Positions 54,224 through 64,000 are shown, numbered from the stretch's first letter. The stretch: DNA of 64,000 bases from Candidatus Poribacteria bacterium (GCA_022821065.1 JAJEEK010000057.1:1128-65127), one strand, 5' to 3'. Translations and numbers: made by a program. Notes: generated from the sequence alone by a model not told the origin.

Positions 54224-57200
54224 TTAGTCAACGACAAGCACTTTACCGACAGCATTCGCGCTATTTCCTGCTGCATTGACGGCTTCTAAACGGAAGATGT
54301 AGAGGCCTCTCGCAACAGGTGTCCCAGCTTGATTCTCCAAATTCCATTTAACCAATTGATCGTTACGTTGTCCGGATACAACATTGGAATAGGTTTCTGT
54401 CCGCACCAGATCTCCACTCCAGTCATAAATGCGCAGGGTGAGGTCAATCGTCTCTCCGAGGGGTACGTTGACATCATAAGAGAAGAATGCGACATCTCGA
54501 TTTGAGAGCCGGAGCGGATTTGGCCATCCAAATGTCGAACCGCGGAAGGTGAGAGACACAGACATCGTGTAGGTCCCAATGTCATAAACGGCGTAATTTC
54601 CGGCGTTATCGGTAACACGGACATCTAATTCGTATTCACCGGAACGCGACGGCAGGAAATCGATCGACCAACGGCTCCACGGTTCCTCCTGTGCGCCGCT
54701 ATCGTCAACTGCGGGGACTGGCTCAATCGGCTGTTCGTCCGGTCCGGTGCCGACAATCTCAACGAGCCAGACACCAGAAGCTGGAACTGAAATTTCGCCA
54801 TCACCGATTCGTTGTGTCCCTTCGGGGTCCGAGGCTGTGCCTTCAAAGAGGATCGGTTCATCCGTTAGCTCGGTTTCACCACCATCACTGGTTACAGCGG
54901 CGGTCGGTTCATCCGTTTCATAAAGGAATTGCGTCGTGATAGAATCGGTCGGTACGAATCCGAGGCGTTCGGAATCGTTTCCGACACTCCTAACCGTAAC
55001 CTGATAGGGTCCTTGAAGTGCCAATCCACCGGATTTAAATACGATTGTGTCCACGCCGTTTTGCTGTGTATTACCGGAAACTTCCGATCCATCTGGTCCT
55101 CGGACAGTAATCTGTGATTGGGTAAGGTTGACCCCTAAACCTGTATCAAAGATACTCGCTTGTATAACCACGCCGCCTGTGGTGGAGACTGCGGTCGGAT
55201 AACTTTCAGCATCAAGGTCAACAAGCAGCGGTGCCTCATTGATAAGCAGTGTGCTCACATCAATCATTGGCGGACGGGTATCGTAGACGAAGACCCTTTC
55301 GTACGGTTCATCATCGTTCCCGGCCCGGTCTACTGGGTTAACGGTAATTCGGTACTCACCATCAGCGGAGCCGTTGTCTGCGAGTGGAACTGTTAGAAGG
55401 AAAATCAACGTGCCTTGTCTATCCTCAGAAACGCGTCCTGACACTTTCGCGCGGTTCGGGGATAACTGCTCAAAAGTCATCCACGCATCGTCGAGATTTT
55501 CCCAATCAATCCCCGACGTGTCGTCGGTGAGAGTGGCGCGAATCTCGGTCAATGAATTATTACCCGCAGATGCGGGGACGACGAATTGAATTGCATCATC
55601 ACTTTCAATTTCTGGTGCCTGTGTGTCATAGACGAAGGTCAATCGCTGCACCTCACCGCTCCGACCAGAAGCACTGATGGGTGTAAACTCAATGGTATAA
55701 ACACCATCTTCAGAACCGTCCGTCGCGAGTGGACGCACCAGATTATAAATTAGCCTACCGCTGGCGCGCTCCTGCTGACCTTCGACGACTTGGTCCCCCG
55801 GATTTAGGAGCCGAAGCGTTGATAGATGGTTCGCATCATCTGTTTCGAGGTTTACCTCTATCTGTTCTATTTCTTCATTCGTAAATGCTTCGTCCGCAGG
55901 GGCGGTACTCGGTTCTGTAGAAGTGATGACTGGTAAACGTCTTGAAAGCACGAAACTCCCTTCAAACGACGTTACACCCCCGTTACCTGCTCGGTCAATA
56001 GCCTGAACACTGACGATATAGCGTCCATCTTCAACGAGTTGGTTCGTGGTAAGCGTCAAGGTCGTTGTACCGTTACTGACAAGTTCACCAACTATCTGCT
56101 GCCCACTCGGGTCCTCGAGTGTGATTGTTGTCATTGACCAGTCGATACCACTCCCGCCTTCATCGTTAAGTGTTACCTGTATCTGTGTGACATCCTCCGT
56201 AAGGAGTGCGCCATTATCCGGTGTTGTGCTAACAACGGTTGGCGATTGCGTGTCATAGATAAGCGTATGTTCAATGTTAAGTGCGTTCCCGGCTCTATCT
56301 GCGAAGGCAATAACAACGGTATATTCACCGTCCATGCTACCGTCCCGCGGTAAAGGTTGGTCAAGCGTGAGGAAGACTCCATCGCTGGTATCGTTTGTGA
56401 GACGCGCCGGTACTGGGTTCCCATTCGCGTCGCGTAGGCTAACAATTTGATCCGCTAACACGAGATCCGCAGGACCGACATCTACAATAGTGAATTGGAA
56501 CTGGCTTAAACTCTCACTGATATAAGAAACCGGTTGACTCAGATCAATCGGATCCGCAGCACGAATCTCTGGTTCCTGCGTATCATAGATAAACTCACGA
56601 TAAACGGTGTTCCCTTCACGACCTGCTTTGTCAACAGGTGTAACATATACGCCGTATCTCCCATCAGTCGTGCCATCGGTTGTGAATGTTGCCGGTTCCC
56701 AAATAAGGAGATCTACACCATTAGAGCCTGTCACTCCCCGAACGATTAAGTTATCCGTGTCAGCCACGGTAATATCCGACCCATCGCTACTGAAATCTAA
56801 TCCTGTCTCTGAAGGGTCTTCAAGTACTGCGCCGATAATCATGTTACTTGCATTGACGTAAACGACATCGCCGCCAGCTGCTGTCTCTATATCGCCTATA
56901 ATGACAGAACTGACAATCGGCAACGGTATATCAAGAATGAAAGTGTAATTCGTTGGGACAGATGCAGCGTTACCCGCTATATCTCGCGGTGTAACAGAGA
57001 GTTGGTATGTATCCAACTGGTTCAATTCCACGAAACTGACGGTCATTTGAGACGTGCCGTTATCTTGCAGTGTGACCGGAATATCTACAACCTCAGTATC
57101 ACCAGTCGTTGTAGAGACCCCAGAGCTTACCAGCGTAACCACTGTATTGGTGAAATCAACTCTCGTTGCTTCGTCAAAGTGAATCGTAATACTGCTGACG

Positions 57201-60200
57201 GGTTCTGAAATTTCGGCACTACCTTGTGGAATAAGTTCGACAGGTGTCTCAGTATCCGCCGTGACCAATGCGATCTGCGGTGCTTGAGAATCATAGATCA
57301 AAGCGTGTTCAACATTCAGAACGTTCCCTGCTCTGTCAACAAGAGATAACCGCATGGTATAGGCACCATCAACACTACCATCTCGCGCAAACGGGATGGA
57401 TAACGTCAAATAGAGTTGGTTTGTTAGTTCGTCAAACGTCAGCGTTGCGGGAACGATGCCGCCTGCGCTATCTATCAACTCGATTGTTTGCGATTCGAGC
57501 ATGAGATCCGCCGGTCCGACATCTTCAACGGTAAACGAGAACTGGTCTAATCCACCACTGACATACGAGAGGGGTTGACTCAACACAAGCGGAGACGATG
57601 CGGTTATCCGAGGTGTCTCGGTATCATAGATAAACTGCCGATGTACGACATCTCCCTGCCTCCCGGCTTGATCTATCGGCGTGATTGTGACGGTATATCG
57701 CCCATCAGCACTCCCATCGGTTGGCAGAGATATGGGATCCCACACCAACTGGTTTTCTCCGTTTGCGCCCGTCTGACCCGGAACAACTGTTCCCGAAGGC
57801 CCCGTCACAACAATGCTTGAACCCCCATCACCCAAAGCCAGTCCGGAACCCGTACCGTCCACCAAAGTGGCGACTATCGTGGTATTACTACCGTTGAGGA
57901 AAACAACGTCCCCAATCTGTCCACCTAATTCGACAACGCTCACACTCGGCAGGACGAAATCGAGTCGAAACGCGTATTGTAGAGCACCTTGTGCGACATT
58001 GCCTGCTATGTCCTGTGGTGTGACAGATAGTGTATACAATCCTGCTTGGGTGAGTGCGACGAAACGTGCGGTCAGTTGCGCAAGACCATCAGCGGAAACA
58101 TTGATCGGAATCGGTTGCCCGTCGGGACCGATCAAACTGACATCGGTATTAGCGAAATCAACGCGGGTCGCTTCCTCAAATTGCAGCGTAATACTGCTGA
58201 TAGACTCTGTGACTTCGGCAATCTGTTGCGGAACGAGTTCCATTGGCGACTCGGTGTTTATTACGACCGAAGCGACACGCGGTACTTGAGAATCGTAAAC
58301 GAAGACATGCTCCAAATCCAAAACATTTTCGGATCTATCTACAAGCGGCAATTTCACCGTATATTCGCCATCGGCACTACCATCTTGTGCCAGCGGAGCA
58401 TCAAGTGTAAGGTATAATTGACTGGTTATCTCATCGTACGTCAGCGTGGCACTGACGGCGGCACCATCGGTATCAAGAAGTTCTGCCGCCTGTTCGTCTA
58501 ACGCTAAACCTGCAGGTCCCATATCTTCAACGGTAAACTGAAATTGGGTAAGGGTCCCGCCAATATAGCTGATAGGCTGGCTCAACAATACCGGCGTAGA
58601 AGCAGTGATGCGTGGCTCTTGTGTATCGTAAATGAACTGGCGATAGATGACATCGCCTTGCCTCCCGGCTTTATCTTTCGGCGTAATCGCGACGGTATAT
58701 CGCCCATCAGCACTCCCATCGTTCGGTAGAGAGATCGGTTGCCATACCAACTGGTTTGTTCCATTGGCACGCGTCTGCCCCGGAACGACTGCCCCTGAAG
58801 GGCCCGTCACAACAATGCTTGATCCTTCTTCAGATAAGGATAATCCTATACCTGCCGATTCAAGGAATGTCACATTCACCCCGACACTGCTCGCATTGAC
58901 ATAAGCCACACTCCCCGACTGGCCGCCGATCACAACCGATATGACACTTGGCAGTGCCATATCCAGAACGAATCGGTAATCAATAGCACCAGGGGCAATG
59001 TTACCCGCCAGATCTTGCGCTGTAACAGATAGCGTATACGCGCCGACTTCATGCAAGTTCTCAAAACTCGCTGTGAGTTCAGAAGCGCCATCATCGGTGA
59101 GTGTAATCGGGATCAAGGCTTCATCAGGTCCCGTTAGCGTAACCTGTGTATTGGTGAAATCAATTCCTGCAGCGTCTTCAAATTGAAGCGTAATACTGCC
59201 AATAGATTCCGAAACCTCAACAATCTCTTGCGAGAGAAGCTCAAACGGCGATTCGGTGTTGACCGAGACCGAGGCGATACGCGGTACTTGAGAATCGTAA
59301 ACGAGGACATGCTCCGAATCTAAAACATTTCCGGATCTATCCACAAGCGGCAATTGCACCGTATATTTGCCATCAGCACTACCATCTTGCGCAAGCGGAG
59401 CGTCAAGTGTGAGGTATAACTGACTGGTTATTTCATCGTACGTCAAGGTGGCACTGACAGTGGCACCATCGGCATCAAGGAGTTCTATCGTCTGTTCTGA
59501 CAGCTCTAAACCGGCAGGTCCGACATCCTCAACGGTGAATTGAAATTGTGTGAGAGAACCGTTTATATAGGTAATGGGTTGCGTCAATGATGTGGGTGTC
59601 GCAGCGGTAATGCGTGGTTCCTGTGTATCGTAAACGAACTGACGATACGTAACATCACCTTGTCTACCGGCTTTGTCTTTCGGTGTAACGACGACGGTAT
59701 AACTTCCATCAGCACTGCCGTTGGTGGGAAGCACTATGGGTGTCCACGTCAACTGATCTGTACCGTTAGAGGTTGTAATCCCCGGTATAGGAAGACCGGC
59801 TTCACTGGTTACGGTGATCGTTGAACCGCCATCATCCAAGTCTATCCCGGCACCGCTCAAATCGGCGAAAGTTGCGACGATGTTCGCGGCATCACCGTTA
59901 ACATAAACGATAACGCCGAGTTTACCACCAACCAGAACCGAAGTGACTGTCGGCAAGGGTACACCGACGCGGAACCTATAAACAAGTGGCGCAGTACTCT
60001 GGTTTCCAGCCAAATCTTGCGGTATAATCGTGAGGACATATTCGCCACGCTGGGTTAACGCTTGGAACGCGAGCGTTAAGACACTCTCGCCATTATCAAC
60101 ACTGTTAATAGCGATGTTCTCACCTGCAGGATTTGCCAGTGTAACACTTGTATTAGCGAAGTCAATTGCACTCACACTATTTACCGATGTGTCTTCAAAG

Positions 60201-62842
60201 GTTATGACGATCTGCGAAAAGTCTTCAGCAACGGTCATTGCCTGATTCGTGGAAAGTTCGGGTTGGGAATCGGATGCAATCTGTACACTTTCGACAACTG
60301 GAATCTGTGTATCGTAAAGAAGTTGAAATTGTTGTGTGAAACGTCGTCCTGTAAAATCAACGAACGTCGCCGTTAGGGTATATTCGCCATCGGCACTGCC
60401 GTCGCGTGGAAGTGCGCTCTCAACGTTCCAAATTAGCAGATTCGCAGCCCTATCGTGTTCAGGTTCCATCTGTGCGATCAGCGTTCCTTGCGCGTTGCGG
60501 ACCGTTAGTGCTGACGCATCGAAATCAATACCTGCCCCGATGTAGCCGCTGAGTTCTGCAGTAACCGTCGTCAGATTATTGACCGTTCTGTTTTCCGGCA
60601 TCGTCAATCGAACCTCAGGTCGGCTCTGACTGACGAGATAGAATTCACGTCGAACGGTAACCCCGACGTTACCGGCTAAGTCCATCGCGGAGATTTCGAT
60701 CGTGTAGGTGCCGTCATCGGAACCGTCTAACGCAATCGGTTGTGCGAGTGTCAGGGTGGCTGTATCCGTGCCATCACTGGTTAGATTCACAGGTACATCT
60801 ACTGCATTCCCATCAACATCACGAGTCAATCGGAAGGTACTCTCAATGAAATCTATACCACTGGTCGCTTCATCAAGGACGACCTCAACTTGCGAGAGTT
60901 CTGAGACGGTTGCATTGGCAGCAGGAACTGTAGAAACGAGTGCAGGGAGTTGTGTATCGTAGACAAATTGGTACCTATACGTCTCTGTATTTCCGAGCGT
61001 ATCCGTCGCTTGAACATTGAGGACATAGCGACCATCTTGGCTTCCGTCTCGACTTGTTAGTGGTGCCTCTAAAACATAAGCTAATTGGTTACGTTCCTTC
61101 GCCAGAACAACACGTCCTGGAAGTGCGTTGATTTGTCCACCAGCTGCAGTTGTTCCGAAAACAACGCGTGTGTCCTCATCCAAGTTGACGCCGATACCGG
61201 CATCATCAAATGTTGCGACAATCTGCAAAAGTGGTTGTGCGTGGTAAATGGTATCTTGATTGAGCGTGAAGGGTGATTCTTCTGTAGAACCTAAGGTGAC
61301 AAGCGGTGGAAGGTTATCATAGACAAATGGAATCTGTAAAGCACCTGTCTCGTTCCCGGCTTTATCAACTGCGTTAATCTCAACTGTATATTCACCGTCC
61401 ATGAGACCGTTTTCCGCTGTGAGCGGCGATAGGAAGAGCCAACGGATTTTATTTGCAGCGGGTTGCGTCTGCTGTCCGAGTACAGTGCCATCGGGTCCAG
61501 TCAGTCGAATCGTGGAATTGGAGAGACTAAGACCGTCCCGAAGATTATCGCTGAGCGTTACCTCAACATAATTCACCGCTTTGCTAATACCGCTGCCGGG
61601 AGTAAACTCACCATGTCGAGTGGCAAGCGTCCTCAAATTCGGTGCGACATTATCAAAGGTGAAATTTAATGTTTTTTCAGCGAGGTTTCCAGCTCTATCG
61701 GCAATAGCTACTGAAACAGTATATTTCCCATTTTCGGAGGCTGTGTCCAAGCGATCACCTAAGGATAGCGTCAATGATGTCTGATCGTTACTGAGGCCTC
61801 CCGCTATCGTAGTACCATCTTGGCTCTCCAGTACAATATTGGTATCCGGATCCGTAAAATCAATGGGGGTGCCGCCCGCTGCACTTGCTGTTGCTTTAAT
61901 CAATTGAAATGGCATATTGATAAAAATGCCATCAAGGAGTGTTAGACCCTCATCAGGTTCCCCGCCGGGTATTTCCACCTTAGATATTATAGGCGGCTGT
62001 GTATCAATGGTAATTGCATCTGTCTTATCGGATTCAGCAGCATTTCCTGCTTCGTCAACCACCCTAACGCTTAACCTATACTGTCCATCCGGAAACGTTC
62101 TGAAGTTCCTATCGCTGCCATCCCAGAGGAAGCTATGTCCGCCTTCGGTTTCGTCGAGACGAATCGGTTGTCCAAATTGCGTATTGCTATCCCCACGAAA
62201 AAACTGCAATTCACTCTCTTCAACATCTTCGGTTATACTATAATAGACAGTGACATAATCACGAACCCGGTCCCGGTTTGGTGAGAATTCAGTGAGATCC
62301 GTACTAATCGAAACCTCTGGTGCAGTAGTGTCTAAGGTCACTGAAACTTCATCTGAATCCAATGGTTCCTGGGCTGGATCCGCAACTTCTTGTCGAATTT
62401 CGACACGAAGTGTGTAGGTCCCATCTAAAAGTTTCGTTCCACCCACCTTTCCGTCCCAATCCATAGTCTTAGTCTCATTTTCGCTTATCTCATTGTTACC
62501 ATCACCATTAATGCTGGTTCCATCAACCGTGAGCTTATAGTTATACGGGCCGAGGATTATACCTTCAGATACCGAAATAGTGATGCGTAACCGCTGGTCA
62601 TCCCCATTGAAGATTGTATCATTTCCTTCGGTATCAATAGCAGACAGTGTTACGCTCTGCGCCCAAAGGTTGGGGGAAGCTATTAAGATTGAAAGACAAA
62701 CGAAAATCTGAAAAAAGAGAAATTTCACCAAACCGGCGCGGATTGGCGATTTCGTGGATGGATCGTTTCCGTGCTTGTGTTGGTTTCGACTTTTGTGTAC
62801 CGGCTTGTAAGTAACACCGTATATATTTTTAGTTTTTGACAC
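54224..62842 (-). CDS. Giant (2872 aa) surface protein of tandem Ig-like domains with a T9SS type-A / FlgD-Ig-like C-terminal domain
   Basis: It is a single 8.6-kb ORF with an N-terminal signal anchor and dozens of DGSADG.YT(V/L)...D.AGN units. The C-terminus WPNP..LTLRIYDWSGDLVRT..WNLENQAGTPVARGLYIFRLEA..GKVLVVD matches the T9SS CTD pattern. Confidence 0.85.
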   Translation of the reverse strand: MSKTKNIYGVTYKPVHKSRNQHKHGNDPSTKSPIRAGLVKFLFFQIFVCLSILIASPNLWAQSVTLSAIDTEGNDTIFNGDDQRLRITISVSEGIILGPYNYKLTVDGTSINGDGNNEISENETKTMDWDGKVGGTKLLDGTYTLRVEIRQEVADPAQEPLDSDEVSVTLDTTAPEVSISTDLTEFSPNRDRVRDYVTVYYSITEDVEESELQFFRGDSNTQFGQPIRLDETEGGHSFLWDGSDRNFRTFPDGQYRLSVRVVDEAGNAAESDKTDAITIDTQPPIISKVEIPGGEPDEGLTLLDGIFINMPFQLIKATASAAGGTPIDFTDPDTNIVLESQDGTTIAGGLSNDQTSLTLSLGDRLDTASENGKYTVSVAIADRAGNLAEKTLNFTFDNVAPNLRTLATRHGEFTPGSGISKAVNYVEVTLSDNLRDGLSLSNSTIRLTGPDGTVLGQQTQPAANKIRWLFLSPLTAENGLMDGEYTVEINAVDKAGNETGALQIPFVYDNLPPLVTLGSTEESPFTLNQDTIYHAQPLLQIVATFDDAGIGVNLDEDTRVVFGTTAAGGQINALPGRVVLAKERNQLAYVLEAPLTSRDGSQDGRYVLNVQATDTLGNTETYRYQFVYDTQLPALVSTVPAANATVSELSQVEVVLDEATSGIDFIESTFRLTRDVDGNAVDVPVNLTSDGTDTATLTLAQPIALDGSDDGTYTIEISAMDLAGNVGVTVRREFYLVSQSRPEVRLTMPENRTVNNLTTVTAELSGYIGAGIDFDASALTVRNAQGTLIAQMEPEHDRAANLLIWNVESALPRDGSADGEYTLTATFVDFTGRRFTQQFQLLYDTQIPVVESVQIASDSQPELSTNQAMTVAEDFSQIVITFEDTSVNSVSAIDFANTSVTLANPAGENIAINSVDNGESVLTLAFQALTQRGEYVLTIIPQDLAGNQSTAPLVYRFRVGVPLPTVTSVLVGGKLGVIVYVNGDAANIVATFADLSGAGIDLDDGGSTITVTSEAGLPIPGITTSNGTDQLTWTPIVLPTNGSADGSYTVVVTPKDKAGRQGDVTYRQFVYDTQEPRITAATPTSLTQPITYINGSLTQFQFTVEDVGPAGLELSEQTIELLDADGATVSATLTYDEITSQLYLTLDAPLAQDGSADGKYTVQLPLVDRSGNVLDSEHVLVYDSQVPRIASVSVNTESPFELLSQEIVEVSESIGSITLQFEDAAGIDFTNTQVTLTGPDEALIPITLTDDGASELTASFENLHEVGAYTLSVTAQDLAGNIAPGAIDYRFVLDMALPSVISVVIGGQSGSVAYVNASSVGVNVTFLESAGIGLSLSEEGSSIVVTGPSGAVVPGQTRANGTNQLVWQPISLPNDGSADGRYTVAITPKDKAGRQGDVIYRQFIYDTQEPRITASTPVLLSQPISYIGGTLTQFQFTVEDMGPAGLALDEQAAELLDTDGAAVSATLTYDEITSQLYLTLDAPLAQDGSADGEYTVKLPLVDRSENVLDLEHVFVYDSQVPRVASVVINTESPMELVPQQIAEVTESISSITLQFEEATRVDFANTDVSLIGPDGQPIPINVSADGLAQLTARFVALTQAGLYTLSVTPQDIAGNVAQGALQYAFRLDFVLPSVSVVELGGQIGDVVFLNGSNTTIVATLVDGTGSGLALGDGGSSIVVTGPSGTVVPGQTGANGENQLVWDPISLPTDGSADGRYTVTITPIDQAGRQGDVVHRQFIYDTETPRITASSPLVLSQPLSYVSGGLDQFSFTVEDVGPADLMLESQTIELIDSAGGIVPATLTFDELTNQLYLTLSIPFARDGSVDGAYTMRLSLVDRAGNVLNVEHALIYDSQAPQIALVTADTETPVELIPQGSAEISEPVSSITIHFDEATRVDFTNTVVTLVSSGVSTTTGDTEVVDIPVTLQDNGTSQMTVSFVELNQLDTYQLSVTPRDIAGNAASVPTNYTFILDIPLPIVSSVIIGDIETAAGGDVVYVNASNMIIGAVLEDPSETGLDFSSDGSDITVADTDNLIVRGVTGSNGVDLLIWEPATFTTDGTTDGRYGVYVTPVDKAGREGNTVYREFIYDTQEPEIRAADPIDLSQPVSYISESLSQFQFTIVDVGPADLVLADQIVSLRDANGNPVPARLTNDTSDGVFLTLDQPLPRDGSMDGEYTVVIAFADRAGNALNIEHTLIYDTQSPTVVSTTPDNGALLTEDVTQIQVTLNDEGGSGIDWSMTTITLEDPSGQQIVGELVSNGTTTLTLTTNQLVEDGRYIVSVQAIDRAGNGGVTSFEGSFVLSRRLPVITSTEPSTAPADEAFTNEEIEQIEVNLETDDANHLSTLRLLNPGDQVVEGQQERASGRLIYNLVRPLATDGSEDGVYTIEFTPISASGRSGEVQRLTFVYDTQAPEIESDDAIQFVVPASAGNNSLTEIRATLTDDTSGIDWENLDDAWMTFEQLSPNRAKVSGRVSEDRQGTLIFLLTVPLADNGSADGEYRITVNPVDRAGNDDEPYERVFVYDTRPPMIDVSTLLINEAPLLVDLDAESYPTAVSTTGGVVIQASIFDTGLGVNLTQSQITVRGPDGSEVSGNTQQNGVDTIVFKSGGLALQGPYQVTVRSVGNDSERLGFVPTDSITTQFLYETDEPTAAVTSDGGETELTDEPILFEGTASDPEGTQRIGDGEISVPASGVWLVEIVGTGPDEQPIEPVPAVDDSGAQEEPWSRWSIDFLPSRSGEYELDVRVTDNAGNYAVYDIGTYTMSVSLTFRGSTFGWPNPLRLSNRDVAFFSYDVNVPLGETIDLTLRIYDWSGDLVRTETYSNVVSGQRNDQLVKWNLENQAGTPVARGLYIFRLEAVNAAGNSANAVGKVLVVD
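55950..60300 (-). repeat. Intragenic super-repeat of about 1 kb per unit inside the giant gene (approximate bounds)
   Basis: The marker CGGTATA..CCATCAGCACT recurs at 59695, 58693 and 57691, an exact 1002-bp (334-codon) spacing. A more divergent unit has its marker near 56653. Confidence 0.75.
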
Positions 62843-63209
62843 TCGTTTCTCCCTGCTTTTCGCGAGTCCGAAAGTTCATTAAGTTTCGGTATTTCGCGTG
62901 GGTTCACAAATTTTTCCGGTAGGTTGGGTCCCCTACGCCGGTATCGGCACCTTCACGTTTCAATACAGCAAGCGGCATCTAAAATATATGTTTTTGTACA
63001 CGTGAATACCACGCTACGCACGCCTCTGGCATCAAACGGAGTGTGTCGAGAACTTCTGTGTATCTATTGACTGCTTCTGAATCCTTTAATTAATTTAATG
63101 CTCTTGGGGATAGATGCATGGCAACCCCTTTATGATGATTAGACGCAAAAAACCCAATTAGGTTGATAAAAATTACAGAAAACCGCAAGGAATGTGATGC
63201 CGCTACAAT

Positions 63210-63359
63210 GCGCGGTTGTATGAAGTTTAATTTATTAATTCGGTAATATCAGAACGTGCGATGAACCGCACGACTACGAGCCTGCCCGTTTGTAGTAGGG
63301 AAACCATTCATTGCCCATCAATTACCGGTTTATTTTTTGAAATTTCATTAAACCGCGCC
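63210..63359 (+). repeat. Long-hairpin repeat family 2, copy 3 (upstream of the giant gene)
   Basis: Sequence is GCGCGGTTGTATGAAGTTTAATTTATTAATTCGGTAAT ... ATTACCGGTTTATTTTTTGAAATTTCATTAAACCGCGCC. The centre is divergent. Confidence 0.65.
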
Positions 63360-63381
63360 TGTAGCTTGATAGAACAAAGTC

Positions 63382-64000
63382 TTAACCGATTTCGCCATTA
63401 GCGACCATCGTCAACAACGCAGAATCGTCGACTGTGAGTGGTAAAGTGATCTTCGCACGCCGTCTGCTCGATTCATAAGTCGCGAAAATGAGTTCTGCGC
63501 CCTGAATTGCCTTGCGTCCGCTGAGTTCCGGTTCACGTCCCGTCTTAACACTGTCAACCAGGTCAAGCACAGAGAGGACTGTATCATCGCCTTTCGGGAT
63601 GTCGCTTAAGTCTGGCGTTTCCCAGCCATCGGAACCTGCGCGTAACAGGCGGACGGGTGCGCCGCCCCCGACATCAACAATCCCTTCCGTGCCGATGAGG
63701 CGATTTGAGAACCCATTTAAAGAGACACCACCGGTCGTCAACAAGCCTTCCACACCGTTCTTCCAGCGTATCCATGAGAGTCCACTCGTCTCGACCTGCG
63801 TTCCGAAGACGAGTTTCTCTTCTGCTACATCTATTTGACCAATTACCCAGTCAACAGGTTCGTCATTATTGTAAAAAAGGAACATATCAAACCAGTGTGT
63901 TCCCCAGTCGAGCAGATTTGGACACGAACCTTCAAGTCGTCGAAGTTCACCGATTGCGCCTTCGTTTGCGAGTTGTTTCGCCTTGATGAATTGTGCGCCG
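63382..64000 (-). CDS. Gfo/Idh/MocA family oxidoreductase, C-terminal part (5' end beyond the window)
   Basis: The frame of the 167-aa track ORF stays open upstream to nt 64000 (..GAQFIKAKQLANEGAIGELRRLEGSCPNLLDWGTHWFDMFLF..). This is typical of the C-terminal alpha/beta domain of the family. Confidence 0.6.
   Translation of the reverse strand, partial: GAQFIKAKQLANEGAIGELRRLEGSCPNLLDWGTHWFDMFLFYNNDEPVDWVIGQIDVAEEKLVFGTQVETSGLSWIRWKNGVEGLLTTGGVSLNGFSNRLIGTEGIVDVGGGAPVRLLRAGSDGWETPDLSDIPKGDDTVLSVLDLVDSVKTGREPELSGRKAIQGAELIFATYESSRRRAKITLPLTVDDSALLTMVANGEIG

Noticed and set aside
63181-63199. The orphan copy of the leader motif AACCGCAAGGAATGTGATG could mark a small unannotated gene.
   Set aside because: The ATG that follows opens only an 8-codon frame (MPLQCAVV*), which runs straight into the family-2 hairpin. 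It is more likely a relic of the repeat module.
1-64000. I looked for prophage, integrative element or defence-island signatures.
   Set aside because: I recognised no integrase, transposase, recombinase, phage structural, restriction-modification, Cas, reverse-transcriptase, TIR/SIR2 or nuclease-NTPase signatures in any long ORF. The only toxin-antitoxin-like signal is the decayed HepT-like fragment at 42531-42695.

Overview
This 64-kb bacterial window uses the standard genetic code, and TGA is an ordinary stop (thiG ends in TGA). I support about 50 protein genes. Most lie on the minus strand from 1 to 38.9 kb and from 53 to 64 kb, with a plus-strand block from 39.3 to 52.9 kb. I recognised no rRNA, tRNA, CRISPR array, transposase, integrase, reverse transcriptase or classical defence genes.

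Recognisable content:
- A MoxR / DUF58 / BatA-type vWA membrane cluster (1.2-14.1 kb).
- Four secreted or membrane WD40 beta-propeller genes. One carries a dockerin-like tail, and one has that tail cut off by an in-frame TGA.
- hslVU.
- An ArsA/Get3-like ATPase paired with a membrane protein.
- A TPP-riboswitch-controlled thiamine locus: ThiX/ThiY-like transporter genes, then thiO, thiS and thiG.
- A glutamine-synthetase-family gene, an FGE/SUMF1-type gene, nadA, three to four Gfo/Idh/MocA oxidoreductases and a PhyH dioxygenase.
- A tight SppA-PhyH-unknown-RimK-GT4 string.
- An 8.6-kb gene for a 2872-aa Ig-like-repeat surface protein with a T9SS-type C-terminal domain, sitting next to a PorV/PorQ-like outer-membrane protein.

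The most unusual signals are non-coding or at protein termini:
1. A 7-copy MITE family with 12-bp terminal inverted repeats. Five copies have perfect 5-bp target-site duplications, and all copies share one orientation.
2. A second ~135-150-bp long-hairpin repeat family that brackets the PorV-like and giant genes.
3. A third family of intergenic hairpins whose arms are 7-nt tandem repeats. One copy is embedded in the TPP riboswitch expression platform.
4. A GC-rich palindrome that is nested in the MITE and also sits in-frame inside a CDS.
5. A compact leader of four helices (three of 8 bp, one of 7 bp) with pseudoknot or switch topology, upstream of a small membrane-protein gene.
6. A conserved extreme C-terminal motif K[LV]ATTW[GA]xLK on three secreted lectin-fold proteins.

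The gene content (WD40, PhyH, Gfo/Idh/MocA, FGE, dockerin, T9SS-type CTD) resembles uncultivated PVC/FCB-type lineages such as Poribacteria-like organisms. That is speculation only. All product calls rest on motif recognition by eye, and no database search was run.
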